Source of the DNA: a virus
Strand: one strand, 5' to 3'
Virus record (IMG/VR): IMGVR_UViG_3300044835_000040
Coordinates: 65,071-129,070 of that record
Length of the DNA: 64,000 nt
Part shown: positions 11,142-20,589 of the stretch, piece after piece
Layout: the number at the start of each line of letters is the position of its first letter
Position numbering within the stretch: the stretch's first letter is position 1
The notes under the pieces: model-generated
What the model saw: the letters and a program-made list of their open reading frames with translations, nothing else
What the model was told of the DNA's origin: nothing
Databases searched by the model: none
Made by a program: the position numbers and the translations under genes

Positions 11142-11161
11142 AGCACCCGTGGGAAGATCGC

Positions 11162-11680
11162 GTGGTGGCTGAGAGTCAGACACCGGAACTGATCCCGCCG
11201 GTCCCCGCGCCTACGCCGGAAGGCTTCAGCCCGGACGCGGCGACGCTCCCGACGGTCGTGGTCAAAGACGCCTCGGCGCCGCCGCCGCTCGGGCGGACGT
11301 GGGCGTTCGATCTACGCAAGGGCGAATTCGTGCGCATCGGCTCGCAGGGGCCGCGTGCGATCTACGGTGCGATCACGCTGCTGCAGTGGATCGAGAAGTG
11401 CCTGCACACCGAACGCGGCGCGCTACCGATCCATCCGCCGGGCTACGGCCTGGAGGACCCGCAGTCGATCTACGGCCGTCCGATCCGGGACCTGTCGAAG
11501 CAGGAGCTGCAGCGCAAGATCCAGGACGCGCTAACGTTCCATCCGAGGATCGCGGCGGTCGCGAACCTCCAGCTCGTGCGTCGTGAAGAGGCGGCGTTCT
11601 GCACGTTCCAGGTGCAGACCGATCCTCCGCTCGATGCTGAGCAGCTGCTGACGATTCGACTCGCGGTGGGGGCTGGCTGA
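11162..11680 (+). CDS. gp25-like baseplate wedge protein (XkdS/DUF2634)
   Basis: WAFDLRKGEF, LLQWIEKCLHTERG..PIH...YG, IQDALTFHPRIAAV. Confidence 0.85.
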   Translation: MVAESQTPELIPPVPAPTPEGFSPDAATLPTVVVKDASAPPPLGRTWAFDLRKGEFVRIGSQGPRAIYGAITLLQWIEKCLHTERGALPIHPPGYGLEDPQSIYGRPIRDLSKQELQRKIQDALTFHPRIAAVANLQLVRREEAAFCTFQVQTDPPLDAEQLLTIRLAVGAG

Positions 11681-12864
11681 TGGCGTCGCTCGTCGAGTGG
11701 GTTCCGCTTCGCGCTGAGACGATCGACACGATCCGTGCCAGGGTTGACGCGAACGTCAACGCGGGCCTGGATGAATCGGATCCGCGTTGGCAGGAGACGG
11801 TCGGCGGCGGCTTCTTCTACGACCACACGCAGTCGATGGCGCTGGAGGCCGAGCAGCTGTGGGACTTCGGTTCGACGGAGCTGCCCGCGTCGTTCTTCCT
11901 GCCGTTCAGCTGGGGGATCTATCTCGACTACTGGGGCGAACTGCTGAACTTGCCGCGCAAGGCGGCGGTCGCGGCGACGGGTGAGGTCCGGCTAACGAAC
12001 GCGTCCAGCCTGGATCAGGTGATCGCCCGTGGGCTGGAGGTCGCTGCTCCGGCGACGACACCGGAAGACTCGCCGATCGCGTTCGAGACCGCCGAAACGG
12101 TGACGGTGCCGAAAGAAGGCAGCGTGCTCACGCGAGTCGAAGCGGTGGATGTCGGTAGCGGCTTCAACGTCTCAGCGGGCGCGGTCGGCCAGATCACTTC
12201 TCCGTCGCAGGAACTGGCGGTGACGAACGAAGACGCGATCTCTGGTGGCGCGGACGAGGAGCTGGACGAGCCGTACAAGGATCGGCTGCTGCTGGAGTTC
12301 CAGGGATCGCGCGGCGGTGGCACGAGGGACGACTACATCGCGCAGACGCTGGCGCTCGGCAGCGTCGGCAGCGTGGTGGTGCAGCCGCACTGGGCGGGTC
12401 CGAACACGGTCCGGCTGATCATCTCCGACACGAACAACCAGCCGCTCTCTCCGGCGGTGATCGAAGCGGTGCAGATCTTCTGGGATCCCCCGGCAGAAAC
12501 GGGGCTCGGTGCGGGCGAAGCCCCGATTGACGCTGAAGTGACCGTCGCCACGGTGACCGTCACCACCGTGAACGTCGCCGCGAAGCTGGAGCTGGAACCG
12601 GGCTTCACGCTCGACGGCGCGGGCGGCACGGTGAACGTCACCGAAGCCGTCTCGACGGTGCTGACGACGTACTTCCACTCGCTGACCGCGGGCGAGCGCG
12701 TGCAGCTGAACCGTGTGCTGGCGGCCTTCCTGTCGATCGAGGGTGTGTACGACGTGCACGTCAAAACGCTGAAACTGAACGGCACCGAAGCGGACGTGAT
12801 CGTGACGGCGCTGCAGTCGGCTCAGCTCGGGACCGTCACGCTCGAATCCGAACCAGCGCCGTAG
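11680..12864 (+). CDS. baseplate J-like protein
   Basis: YLDYWGELLNLPRKAAVAATG, VTNEDAISGGADEELDEPYKDRLL, GGTRDDY, WAGPNTVRLII. Confidence 0.93.
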   Translation: MASLVEWVPLRAETIDTIRARVDANVNAGLDESDPRWQETVGGGFFYDHTQSMALEAEQLWDFGSTELPASFFLPFSWGIYLDYWGELLNLPRKAAVAATGEVRLTNASSLDQVIARGLEVAAPATTPEDSPIAFETAETVTVPKEGSVLTRVEAVDVGSGFNVSAGAVGQITSPSQELAVTNEDAISGGADEELDEPYKDRLLLEFQGSRGGGTRDDYIAQTLALGSVGSVVVQPHWAGPNTVRLIISDTNNQPLSPAVIEAVQIFWDPPAETGLGAGEAPIDAEVTVATVTVTTVNVAAKLELEPGFTLDGAGGTVNVTEAVSTVLTTYFHSLTAGERVQLNRVLAAFLSIEGVYDVHVKTLKLNGTEADVIVTALQSAQLGTVTLESEPAP

Positions 12865-12867
12865 GCC

Positions 12868-13410
12868 GTGCCTGGACCGCTCGAAGCTCTCTCTGATCGC
12901 GGGCAGCGCATGGTGGAGGTGCTGTGGCCCCCGTCTCAGGAGGACCCGTCTGTCGTCGCGATCATGCGCGCGATGGCGGATGAGCTGGACGCCATCGAAG
13001 ATCTGATGCTGACGATCCGGGAACAGGCGTGGCCGCACAAGGCTGACGACACAGAGGGGCTGCTGGCGATCCACGAGCGGATGCTGGGGATCCCGATCAA
13101 ACCGGAGGGCGTGTCGCTCCCGTCGCGCCAGGATGCAGCGCGCTCGGCGATCCAGTCGCGGCGTGTCGGCTCGGCGAAACACTGGGTCGATCGCTTCAAC
13201 GCGCTGATGAGCGGCAACCCGTGGAGCTACAAACGCAACTCTCCCGGCCGGGGGCAGCTGACGATCACCATCCCCTACAGCGAACACTCCTACTCGGCGT
13301 CGCAGGTGATCAAGCTCGCCGAACGCGTGACGCCTGCGCACATCGAACTGCTCGTCGCCTACGAATCGGGCTGGCTGGCGGGCATCTCGCGCGTCGGCGA
13401 TCCCCTCTGA
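12868..13410 (+). CDS. baseplate protein (XkdU/DUF2313, P2 gpI-like)
   Basis: GLLAIHERMLGI and PAHI motifs; follows baseplate J. Confidence 0.8.
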   Translation: MPGPLEALSDRGQRMVEVLWPPSQEDPSVVAIMRAMADELDAIEDLMLTIREQAWPHKADDTEGLLAIHERMLGIPIKPEGVSLPSRQDAARSAIQSRRVGSAKHWVDRFNALMSGNPWSYKRNSPGRGQLTITIPYSEHSYSASQVIKLAERVTPAHIELLVAYESGWLAGISRVGDPL

Positions 13411-13441
13411 CGATAGGGCCCCGCAGGTAGCCTCGTAGGCC

Positions 13442-14668
13442 GTGCCTGCTTACCCGACTCCTGACGAGCTGATCCAGCTCCACCATGCGGATCCGGTCCC
13501 TGCAGCGTTCTTCGATGTCACACAGGAGGTGCTGGGCACCCTCGGCCGCCTGGACCTGACGCTCGCGAACGCGACGACGCTGAAGGCGAACGCGGGGCCG
13601 GGTGCAGACAAGGCCGGGATGGGGATCAAAGGCCAGCTGCGCTTCGTCACCGCGAACGTCGAACAGTCGATGCCGGGCGGCTCGGCGGCAGGCCGGTACA
13701 ACATCTACGTCACGACCGGCGCGACGCTGATCGCCGGGGAAGAAGACACGACGGATTACAGCTGGCAGCTGGCGATCATCAAAGAAGGAGGCGGCGCGCC
13801 CGGCACCGCGTACTTCAAGCTCGTCGGCTACCTCGACTACTCGGGCACCGCGATCACCCGTCTCGTGCAGATCTTCGGACGCCGGGACGACGCGCCGAAG
13901 GCGGCCGTCTCTCCCAGTGTCGGCGTCCCGGCGCTGGAGGCGATCATGCCAGCGTCCTCCACGGCCAACCCGATCCAGGCCCTCGTCGGCGGCACGCCGG
14001 TCTTCAGCGTCGGTCCGACGGGCGCACTCGCGATCACGAGCGGGCTGACGGCCGCGAACGCAGCGCTCGGCAAAAACGACCGCAACGCGCTGACGCTGAC
14101 CGGGGCTGCGGCGGGGATGACACTCGGCGGCGACACGCAGCTCTACCGCTCGGCGGCGAACCTACTGGCGACGCCGGGGTCGCTCGCAGCGGGCGGGTTC
14201 CTGCAGGCCAACCAGGACGCGTTCGTCGGCGGCGTGCTGCATCTCGGCGCGTTCGGCGGGACGCTGTTCGACACGCAGCTCGAACGGACGGCCGTGAACA
14301 CGCTGAAGACGCCGGGCGTGCTGCAGGTCGGCGGCAACCTCGCGCTGGTCTCGAACACGGGCGCGCTGCTGTTCGGCGCGGCGGGCGACACGAACCTGTA
14401 CCGCTCGGCAGCGGGCGTGCTGAAGACCGACGGGCAGTTCGTCGTCGCTGGCGGGCTGACGATCACCGGCTCGACGGCGTACGAAGGCACCGCGTTCGGC
14501 ATCTTCGGTGTCACGCCGATCGGGCGCCGCACCGGCTGGGGCGCACCGTCGCCGCCCGGCGGCGCGAAACGCACGCCGCTGATGTACGGGTCGACGTTCG
14601 CGAACCTGATCGACGAGTTCGAGACGCTGAAGGCCGACCTGATGGCCTACGGCTGGCTGGGCGCCTGA
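13442..14668 (+). CDS. tail fibre / virion protein
   Basis: Repeated DTQLYRSAAN/DTNLYRSAAGVLKTDG fibre motifs. Confidence 0.75.
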   Translation: MPAYPTPDELIQLHHADPVPAAFFDVTQEVLGTLGRLDLTLANATTLKANAGPGADKAGMGIKGQLRFVTANVEQSMPGGSAAGRYNIYVTTGATLIAGEEDTTDYSWQLAIIKEGGGAPGTAYFKLVGYLDYSGTAITRLVQIFGRRDDAPKAAVSPSVGVPALEAIMPASSTANPIQALVGGTPVFSVGPTGALAITSGLTAANAALGKNDRNALTLTGAAAGMTLGGDTQLYRSAANLLATPGSLAAGGFLQANQDAFVGGVLHLGAFGGTLFDTQLERTAVNTLKTPGVLQVGGNLALVSNTGALLFGAAGDTNLYRSAAGVLKTDGQFVVAGGLTITGSTAYEGTAFGIFGVTPIGRRTGWGAPSPPGGAKRTPLMYGSTFANLIDEFETLKADLMAYGWLGA

Positions 14669-15843
14669 TGCTGTTCGACGAACTTCACGGCACTGACGAC
14701 ATCGCCATCGCGATCTCGACGAAAGGCACGCTCGCCGCGCGGCCCGGCGCGGGCACGATGGGCCGCTTCTACCACGCGACCGACGTGGGCGCGCTCTACC
14801 GTGACACCGGCACGACGTGGGAACTGGTGTCGGTCGTCGGCGGCGCTGGCGCGTTCTCCTCGCGGCCCGCGGCGGGGATCCTCGGCCGGTACTACGAAGC
14901 GACCGATCAGCAGGTCCTCTACCGCGACACGGGGTCGGCGTGGCAGGCGATCGTCTTCCCGCTCTCGGGGCTGCTGTCGGCTCGCCCGACCCCGGCGGTC
15001 TCGGGGCGCCAGTACCTCGCGACCGACGTGAAGGTGGTCTACGTCGACAACGCATCGGCGTGGGAACCGCTCCCCGCGGTGCTGACGCCGGGGCTGCTGT
15101 CGGCACGACCGGCATCTGCGGTCGAGGGACGGTTCTTCCGGGCGACGGACGTGGCGACGCTCTACCGCGACAACGGCGGTGGCTGGGACAACATCCTGCT
15201 GAATGGTGGCGCCAGCTCGGGCACGCTCGCTGGCCGTCCGGCGGCCGGTGTGCTCGGGCGCTGGTATCTGACGACCGACACGAACACGCTCTACCGCGAC
15301 AACGGCGCGGCGTGGGAAGTGCCCGGCGGCGAACCGGGCGAACTGATCTTCTCGGCAGCGCTGACCGTCCCCGGTCGGGTGCTGAAGTGCGAAGGGCAGC
15401 CGGTGTCTCGCGGGACCTACGCGGCGCTCTGGAAGGCGCTCGGCGAAACCTCCTCCAAATGGGGCCAGGGCGACGGCGTGAACACGTTCAACGTGCCGGA
15501 CTTCCGGGAACGCGTCCCGATGGGAGCGGGCGGCACGCCTGCGGTGGGAGTGAAAAGCGGGTCGACTACGACGACCCTGGAAACGGTCCACATGCCGAAA
15601 CACAAGCACGGTGTGGCGCCGTACCTGTTCGGAAACGGCGACTTCGGCAACCTCGGAAACAGGACCGCTCCGGGATTCGTCGTTCTGCTCGTCGCCAGTA
15701 GCGGCTATCAGGGGGCGCCCGGTGGTCCCGGCTACGTCGGCGACGCGATCAACGGCGACGCCGACGTGGAAGAAGTCGGTGGCGGCCAGCCGCACAGCAT
15801 CATGCAGCCGTCTACGGTCTGCAACGTCTGGATCCGCTACTAG
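14668..15843 (+). CDS. tail fibre protein with internal repeats and tail-collar domain
   Basis: Five RP(A)..GR..ATD..LYRD...W repeats; CEGQPVSRGTYAALW...TFNVPDFRERVPMG collar motif. Confidence 0.88.
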   Translation: MLFDELHGTDDIAIAISTKGTLAARPGAGTMGRFYHATDVGALYRDTGTTWELVSVVGGAGAFSSRPAAGILGRYYEATDQQVLYRDTGSAWQAIVFPLSGLLSARPTPAVSGRQYLATDVKVVYVDNASAWEPLPAVLTPGLLSARPASAVEGRFFRATDVATLYRDNGGGWDNILLNGGASSGTLAGRPAAGVLGRWYLTTDTNTLYRDNGAAWEVPGGEPGELIFSAALTVPGRVLKCEGQPVSRGTYAALWKALGETSSKWGQGDGVNTFNVPDFRERVPMGAGGTPAVGVKSGSTTTTLETVHMPKHKHGVAPYLFGNGDFGNLGNRTAPGFVVLLVASSGYQGAPGGPGYVGDAINGDADVEEVGGGQPHSIMQPSTVCNVWIRY

Positions 15844-15853
15844 CTTGTCGGGC

Positions 15854-16159
15854 GTGAGCGAGCTGACGATCCCTGACGTGGGCGGCCGGGACGCGACGGT
15901 GAAGGTGCTGACGCAGATGCTGTATGTGGCGGCGATGGAGCGCCGCAAGCTGGATCTGACTCGGGTCGCGAACGGTCACAGTGAGGGGGATCCCGTGGCG
16001 GGCGAGGAGCCGTTGCGCGATGACGGCACGGTGAACAGCTACGAGCTGCGGCTGGGGGAGCTGTCCGAGCAGGAGCGGAGACTGGCTGAGGCGTACCCGG
16101 AGGAGATCGAGATCGTGCGCGAGCACGTTCGTAAGCGAGACAAGGAGACGGGCAAGTGA
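15854..16159 (+). CDS. hypothetical protein
   Basis: GTG 7 nt after a TAGCTT -10-like hexamer; coupled to the endolysin. Confidence 0.55.
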   Translation: MSELTIPDVGGRDATVKVLTQMLYVAAMERRKLDLTRVANGHSEGDPVAGEEPLRDDGTVNSYELRLGELSEQERRLAEAYPEEIEIVREHVRKRDKETGK

Positions 16160-17097
16160 ATCCGAGCGAGTGGACAAGGCGGGGCGTCCTCGGCTGGCTG
16201 ACGCTGATGTTGCTGATCCTTGTCGTGCCTCTGGCCGTGCAGGGCTGCGGCGGTACGAAGACGGTCACACGGACGGTCGTCCAGCCGCCGACCGCGGCGA
16301 TCAACAAGCTCGTCGACGAAGGCAAGCTGGTCCCGGCGGACAAGATCAAACTGGGGCCGGAATCGGGCGCCCGCCCCGACGGCTACAAAGCGGCCGCGCC
16401 GCCATCGAGCGTGCTGCGCACGCTGACTGGCTCGCAGATCCACCTGTCGCATCGCGGCGCTGTGCTGATCGAGGGCTTCGAGGGCTGGGCGTCGTGCCCC
16501 TACTGGGACGCGTACGGCGGGGTGTGGACGCGCGGCTACGGCGAAACCGAAGGCATCCACGCTGGCTCGGCCTGCATCAGTCGCAGCTTCGGGGAGCGGA
16601 ATCTGATCTACCGCGCTGAACGCTTCTACGGCTTCGCGATCAAGCGGCTCGGCACGAGCTTCAACCAGAACGAGATCGACGCGCAGTTCTCCTTCCTCTG
16701 GAATCTCGGTGCGGGCATCGACCCGCCGGGCAGCACGCTCGCGCGCGGGTTCCAGCATCACAATGCTTCGGGGATCCTCGGCTACGACCGTGCTGGCGGC
16801 GTCGTGCTGGCGGGGCTCGTGACCCGCAGGCAGGCCGAGTACCGGCGCTTCAACGAACCGGCGCACGAAGAAACTCAGGCGCAGCGTCGTGCGCGGATCC
16901 ACAACGAACGCGTCGCGAAACTGCACCACGACTACCACTACCGGTCGCAGCTCGACCGGGCGCTGAAGGGCGCGAAGTGCCTGCATGGCTATGACCACTA
17001 CACGAAGTCGCACCGCCGGTTCTGCAACGTCGAGCGGGCGCGTCACGGCGCGACGAACCGGGACATCAAGCGGCTCCGGGCGCTCGGCATCCGGTGA
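16156..17097 (+). CDS. GH24 muramidase endolysin with N-terminal signal/lipobox
   Basis: LIEGFEG...YWDAYGGVWTRGYGET (E-D-T triad), NQNEIDAQFSFLWNLG, LAGLVTRRQAE; hydrophobic N-terminus ending VQGC. Confidence 0.9.
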   Translation: MNPSEWTRRGVLGWLTLMLLILVVPLAVQGCGGTKTVTRTVVQPPTAAINKLVDEGKLVPADKIKLGPESGARPDGYKAAAPPSSVLRTLTGSQIHLSHRGAVLIEGFEGWASCPYWDAYGGVWTRGYGETEGIHAGSACISRSFGERNLIYRAERFYGFAIKRLGTSFNQNEIDAQFSFLWNLGAGIDPPGSTLARGFQHHNASGILGYDRAGGVVLAGLVTRRQAEYRRFNEPAHEETQAQRRARIHNERVAKLHHDYHYRSQLDRALKGAKCLHGYDHYTKSHRRFCNVERARHGATNRDIKRLRALGIR

Positions 17098-17684
17098 GTG
17101 AGGCCGTGGCGATCCTGCTGACCGCTGCGCTGAGCGTCGCGCTGGCGACCGGCGTCGGCTACGCGATGCTCCGCGCCTACGAGGCGATGCCGCTGAGCGG
17201 CGGCCGCATGGCGTTCAAGCGTCGCGTCAGTGCGGTGCCGGTCGACCAGTGGCCGGAATGGGCGCGGTTGGCCTTCGAGTGGTGCGTGGCCGCCGACGGG
17301 CGTTGGCCGTACGTCTACGGCGGCGGGCATAACGCGCGCTTCGCACCGGACGGCGGGACCCACAAACTCTCGATCAACGGCTACGACTGCTCGGCGATCA
17401 TCTGCGCGGCGCTGCGCCGGGCGCACATCCTGAATCACCCGTCGGGGCCGTTCGGCACGCACGAACTGGAACGGGAGTGGGGCGTCTCGGGCGTCGGCGA
17501 GTGGGTCACGGTGTGGGTCTTCAACGGGACGATCAACGGCGTCCCCGTCGAACACTGCGTCTTCGAGTTCTCGAAGGCTGACCGGGCTCACCGCTACTTC
17601 ATGGCGTTCTTCACGGGCGGCCCGCGCTGCGGGTTCCTGAGCAGCTTCGACACGAGCCATTACCACGCACGCCACAAGGCGTAG
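17094..17684 (+). CDS. NlpC/P60-like cell-wall peptidase with N-terminal TM
   Basis: PYVYGGGH...GYDCS...EHC catalytic pattern. Confidence 0.75.
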   Translation: MSEAVAILLTAALSVALATGVGYAMLRAYEAMPLSGGRMAFKRRVSAVPVDQWPEWARLAFEWCVAADGRWPYVYGGGHNARFAPDGGTHKLSINGYDCSAIICAALRRAHILNHPSGPFGTHELEREWGVSGVGEWVTVWVFNGTINGVPVEHCVFEFSKADRAHRYFMAFFTGGPRCGFLSSFDTSHYHARHKA

Positions 17685-17694
17685 GGGGGGACTG

Positions 17695-19266
17695 ATGATC
17701 ACCGTCACAGCGAAAGCCGCAGCGGCCGCCGATGGGAAGTCGTTCACGATCACGTGGACGCCGAGCAGCACCGAACGGCTCGCGGAATTCCTGATCCACT
17801 ACCGCAAGAAGGGCGTGGCTAGCTGGTCGACCGTCAGGGTATCTGCGGCGGCTCGCTCGCAGCTACTGGAAGTCGCGCCGGGCGAATACGAATGGCAGGT
17901 CCGCGCGGTCGAAGCGGGCGGTCTTGCCTCCGGCACGGTGACGGTCGCGGCGCCCGTGGTGCAGGAAGGACCGACGCTGATGAGGACGGCGGACGAGTCG
18001 GGGGTCGTGGTGTCTGCGGTCCCGGCCGCGGCGGTCGCGGTGAACTTCGCGCAGATGAAGGACACGAGCGCGACCGGCATCATCTACACGCCGAAAGGCG
18101 TGAGGGTCGGGGCGACGTTTACGCCGCAGTCGATCACGCCGGTCGTGGACGCGATCGGTGTGGACGCCGCTGGCAAAGAGGTCGGGGTGTGGCAGTCGAG
18201 TCTGCCGGGGCATTCGCGGATCACGACGGTCCCGATACCCACGCCGACACCGACGCCTGAACCGCCAGCGCCTGCGGGGATGCGGTGGCTGGGGCTGCAC
18301 GGCGGCAACTGGGGCTCGCAGGCACCGATCGACATCGGGGGCATGGGCGTGAAGAGGGTCCGGCTGCCGTCGGGGAGGCTATCGGCCGAGGCTGCGGGCT
18401 ACAAGGCGCAGGGCTTCGAGATCATCGGGATCTTCGGCGAAGGCGGCTCGCTCGGGTCTCTCGCGGCCGGAGCTGCGGGCTACGCCGAAGGCGTCGCTGA
18501 AGCGGCCGTGAAGTACGACCTGCTCGCGGTCGAGGTGACGAACGAGTGGGGCGGCAACTGGTTCTGGTCGGACGCGGGGAACATCCCGGCGATGCGGTCG
18601 CTGATCAAGGCGACCCGCGAAGCGATCGATCGTGTGGGCCACAGGGCGAAGGTGCTTGGCTCGTTCGACGGTGGCAAGGGCGGCAACGAAGGCGTGAGCT
18701 TCGGCGAAAGGGCGCACGCGGAAGGCGTGTTCGCGCCGTGCCACGGCGTCACCGTGCACCCGTATGGCGGCAGCTCGGGCGGCAACGGCGGGGGGGGAGG
18801 GGACCGGCACAAGTGCCTGCGGGCGATCGAAGTGACGGGCCTGGATCTGTGGGTCACGGAGCTGGGCTGGCCGACGGGCACGGGCTCGACGGGCGACTCG
18901 CAGTCGTGGTCGGAGGCGCAGCAGGCGGCGAGCTACGCGTCGTTCATCGTGTTCTTCGAGGCGACTCCGCGCTTCGTGTGCCTGATCTTCTACGGCTACA
19001 AGAACACGTCGGATTCCGGCGCCGACCAGTACGGCGTGGAGATGCACGACAGCAGTCGCCACAAGCCCGCGTTCGCGGTGCTCGGCAACGCCTGCAAGGC
19101 GCTCGCTGCGAAACAGGCGATGCTCCCGGCGCTGGCTGGGATGCTCGAATGCGAGATGCCGCCGGTCGACGAGCAGCAGCCGGGCACGGAGGAATTCGCG
19201 TGGGGGCTGGGGGAGAAGCTGACCCCGCACCAGCTGGCTGATCGCGCTCACGCGTCGATGCGGTAG
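17695..19266 (+). CDS. FN3 + PT-linker + clan GH-A glycoside hydrolase
   Basis: FN3-like N-terminus, PTPTPTP linker, EVTNEW acid/base, VHPY, WVTELGW nucleophile. Confidence 0.8.
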   Translation: MITVTAKAAAAADGKSFTITWTPSSTERLAEFLIHYRKKGVASWSTVRVSAAARSQLLEVAPGEYEWQVRAVEAGGLASGTVTVAAPVVQEGPTLMRTADESGVVVSAVPAAAVAVNFAQMKDTSATGIIYTPKGVRVGATFTPQSITPVVDAIGVDAAGKEVGVWQSSLPGHSRITTVPIPTPTPTPEPPAPAGMRWLGLHGGNWGSQAPIDIGGMGVKRVRLPSGRLSAEAAGYKAQGFEIIGIFGEGGSLGSLAAGAAGYAEGVAEAAVKYDLLAVEVTNEWGGNWFWSDAGNIPAMRSLIKATREAIDRVGHRAKVLGSFDGGKGGNEGVSFGERAHAEGVFAPCHGVTVHPYGGSSGGNGGGGGDRHKCLRAIEVTGLDLWVTELGWPTGTGSTGDSQSWSEAQQAASYASFIVFFEATPRFVCLIFYGYKNTSDSGADQYGVEMHDSSRHKPAFAVLGNACKALAAKQAMLPALAGMLECEMPPVDEQQPGTEEFAWGLGEKLTPHQLADRAHASMR

Positions 19267-19330
19267 GTGTTCGAGCACGTCCGGTGGCCGCGCTAGTTTC
19301 ACCGCTACTGCGACTACTGGAGGTGCGAGA

Positions 19331-20587
19331 ATGGCGGGTGTGACGGAGCAGCAGGAGCCTGACGTGGTGGCCGGGGAGGACTCGGCCGAGGAGCAGGCGA
19401 GGGTGCGTGCGCAGCAGGCGGCGGGGCAGCTGATGGCGCCGGGCGATGCGACGCTCCCCGCGCGTCATCGCTACGCGGCGGCGCAGGTGCAGGTGATCAA
19501 GGGCACGGTCGCCAAGAAGCTGACGGACATCGAGCTGGCGTGGTTCCTGGAGGTTGCGGCCCGCTACAGGCTGGACCCGCTGCTGAAGGAGATCTTCGCG
19601 GCGAAGTTCGAGGGCGACAGCGGACCCGTGACGATCTTCGCTGGTCGTGATGGGCTGCTGAAGGCGGCTCGCGACACGGGGCGCTTCGTGCGGATGGAAT
19701 CGCACACGGTCTGCGAGAAAGACGTGTTCCGCAAGGTCGTCGACACGGCCGCGTCGATCGAGGAGGACCGGGAGGTCCTGACGATCCACCACGAGACGAA
19801 AGGGATGGGCTCGGCCGCGCGCGGGCCTATCGTCGGCGCGTATGCGCTGGTGTGGACGACCAGCTCGCCGCACCCGTGGTACTCGGAGGCGACGTGGGAG
19901 GAGTACGGCCAGCGCAAGCAGGAGACGAACAGCAAGAAGGACACGCTTTGGACGCTTGACAGCTCGAAGGGGTTCCCGTCGGCGATGATGGTGAAGGTGC
20001 CGGAGTCCTACACGCTGCGCAAGGCGTGCGGGCTGACGGGGCTGGTTGGCGAAGACGAGATCCGCCAGCAGCTCGACGAGGAGCCGGAGCGTCCGGCGCT
20101 GTCGGGTAGCGGCGCGACGCCGACGGTCGAGTACCCGGAGGACGAGCGCGGCGAACGGCTGAAGGCGCTGGTCGGGCGCGCGAACGAGCTGGTGCCGGGG
20201 TCGTGGCGTGACGCGAAGGTCGCGGTCGAGCTGGGCGTCGGTGACGAGGCCGCGATCGAAGCGCTGATCGGCAAGGTGGGACGATTTATCGCGACGCGCT
20301 CGCCGAGCGACCCGTTGCTGATGGTCGCGGCCACCGCGGAGGACGAGCCGGAGGCCGAGGAGCCGCTGCCGCACGTGGAGTGGGACGCTGACGCGTACCG
20401 CAACGTGCAGCTCGCGGTCGCGAACATCGACGAGCGCCTGGAGGACCCGGAGCTGACTGAGCAGGCGCGTGTGGTGGTCGAAGGCGAACGCGCTGAGGGC
20501 GGCCGTCTGCTGCTCGCGTACGAGGCCGTGATGCCGGAGGCCGCTGAGCCGGTCGAGGAGCAGGTCGACGGCCCGACTGAGCTGTAG
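19331..20587 (+). CDS. RecT/Red-beta-like ssDNA annealing protein
   Basis: ELAWFLEVAARYRLDPLLKEIF, GRDGLLKAA, IVGAYALV, PSAMMVKVPESYTLRKA. Confidence 0.88.
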   Translation: MAGVTEQQEPDVVAGEDSAEEQARVRAQQAAGQLMAPGDATLPARHRYAAAQVQVIKGTVAKKLTDIELAWFLEVAARYRLDPLLKEIFAAKFEGDSGPVTIFAGRDGLLKAARDTGRFVRMESHTVCEKDVFRKVVDTAASIEEDREVLTIHHETKGMGSAARGPIVGAYALVWTTSSPHPWYSEATWEEYGQRKQETNSKKDTLWTLDSSKGFPSAMMVKVPESYTLRKACGLTGLVGEDEIRQQLDEEPERPALSGSGATPTVEYPEDERGERLKALVGRANELVPGSWRDAKVAVELGVGDEAAIEALIGKVGRFIATRSPSDPLLMVAATAEDEPEAEEPLPHVEWDADAYRNVQLAVANIDERLEDPELTEQARVVVEGERAEGGRLLLAYEAVMPEAAEPVEEQVDGPTEL

Positions 20588-20589
20588 TC

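Noticed and set aside
14668-15843. DGR target in the fibre gene
   Set aside because: No reverse transcriptase or adenine-variant template repeat seen
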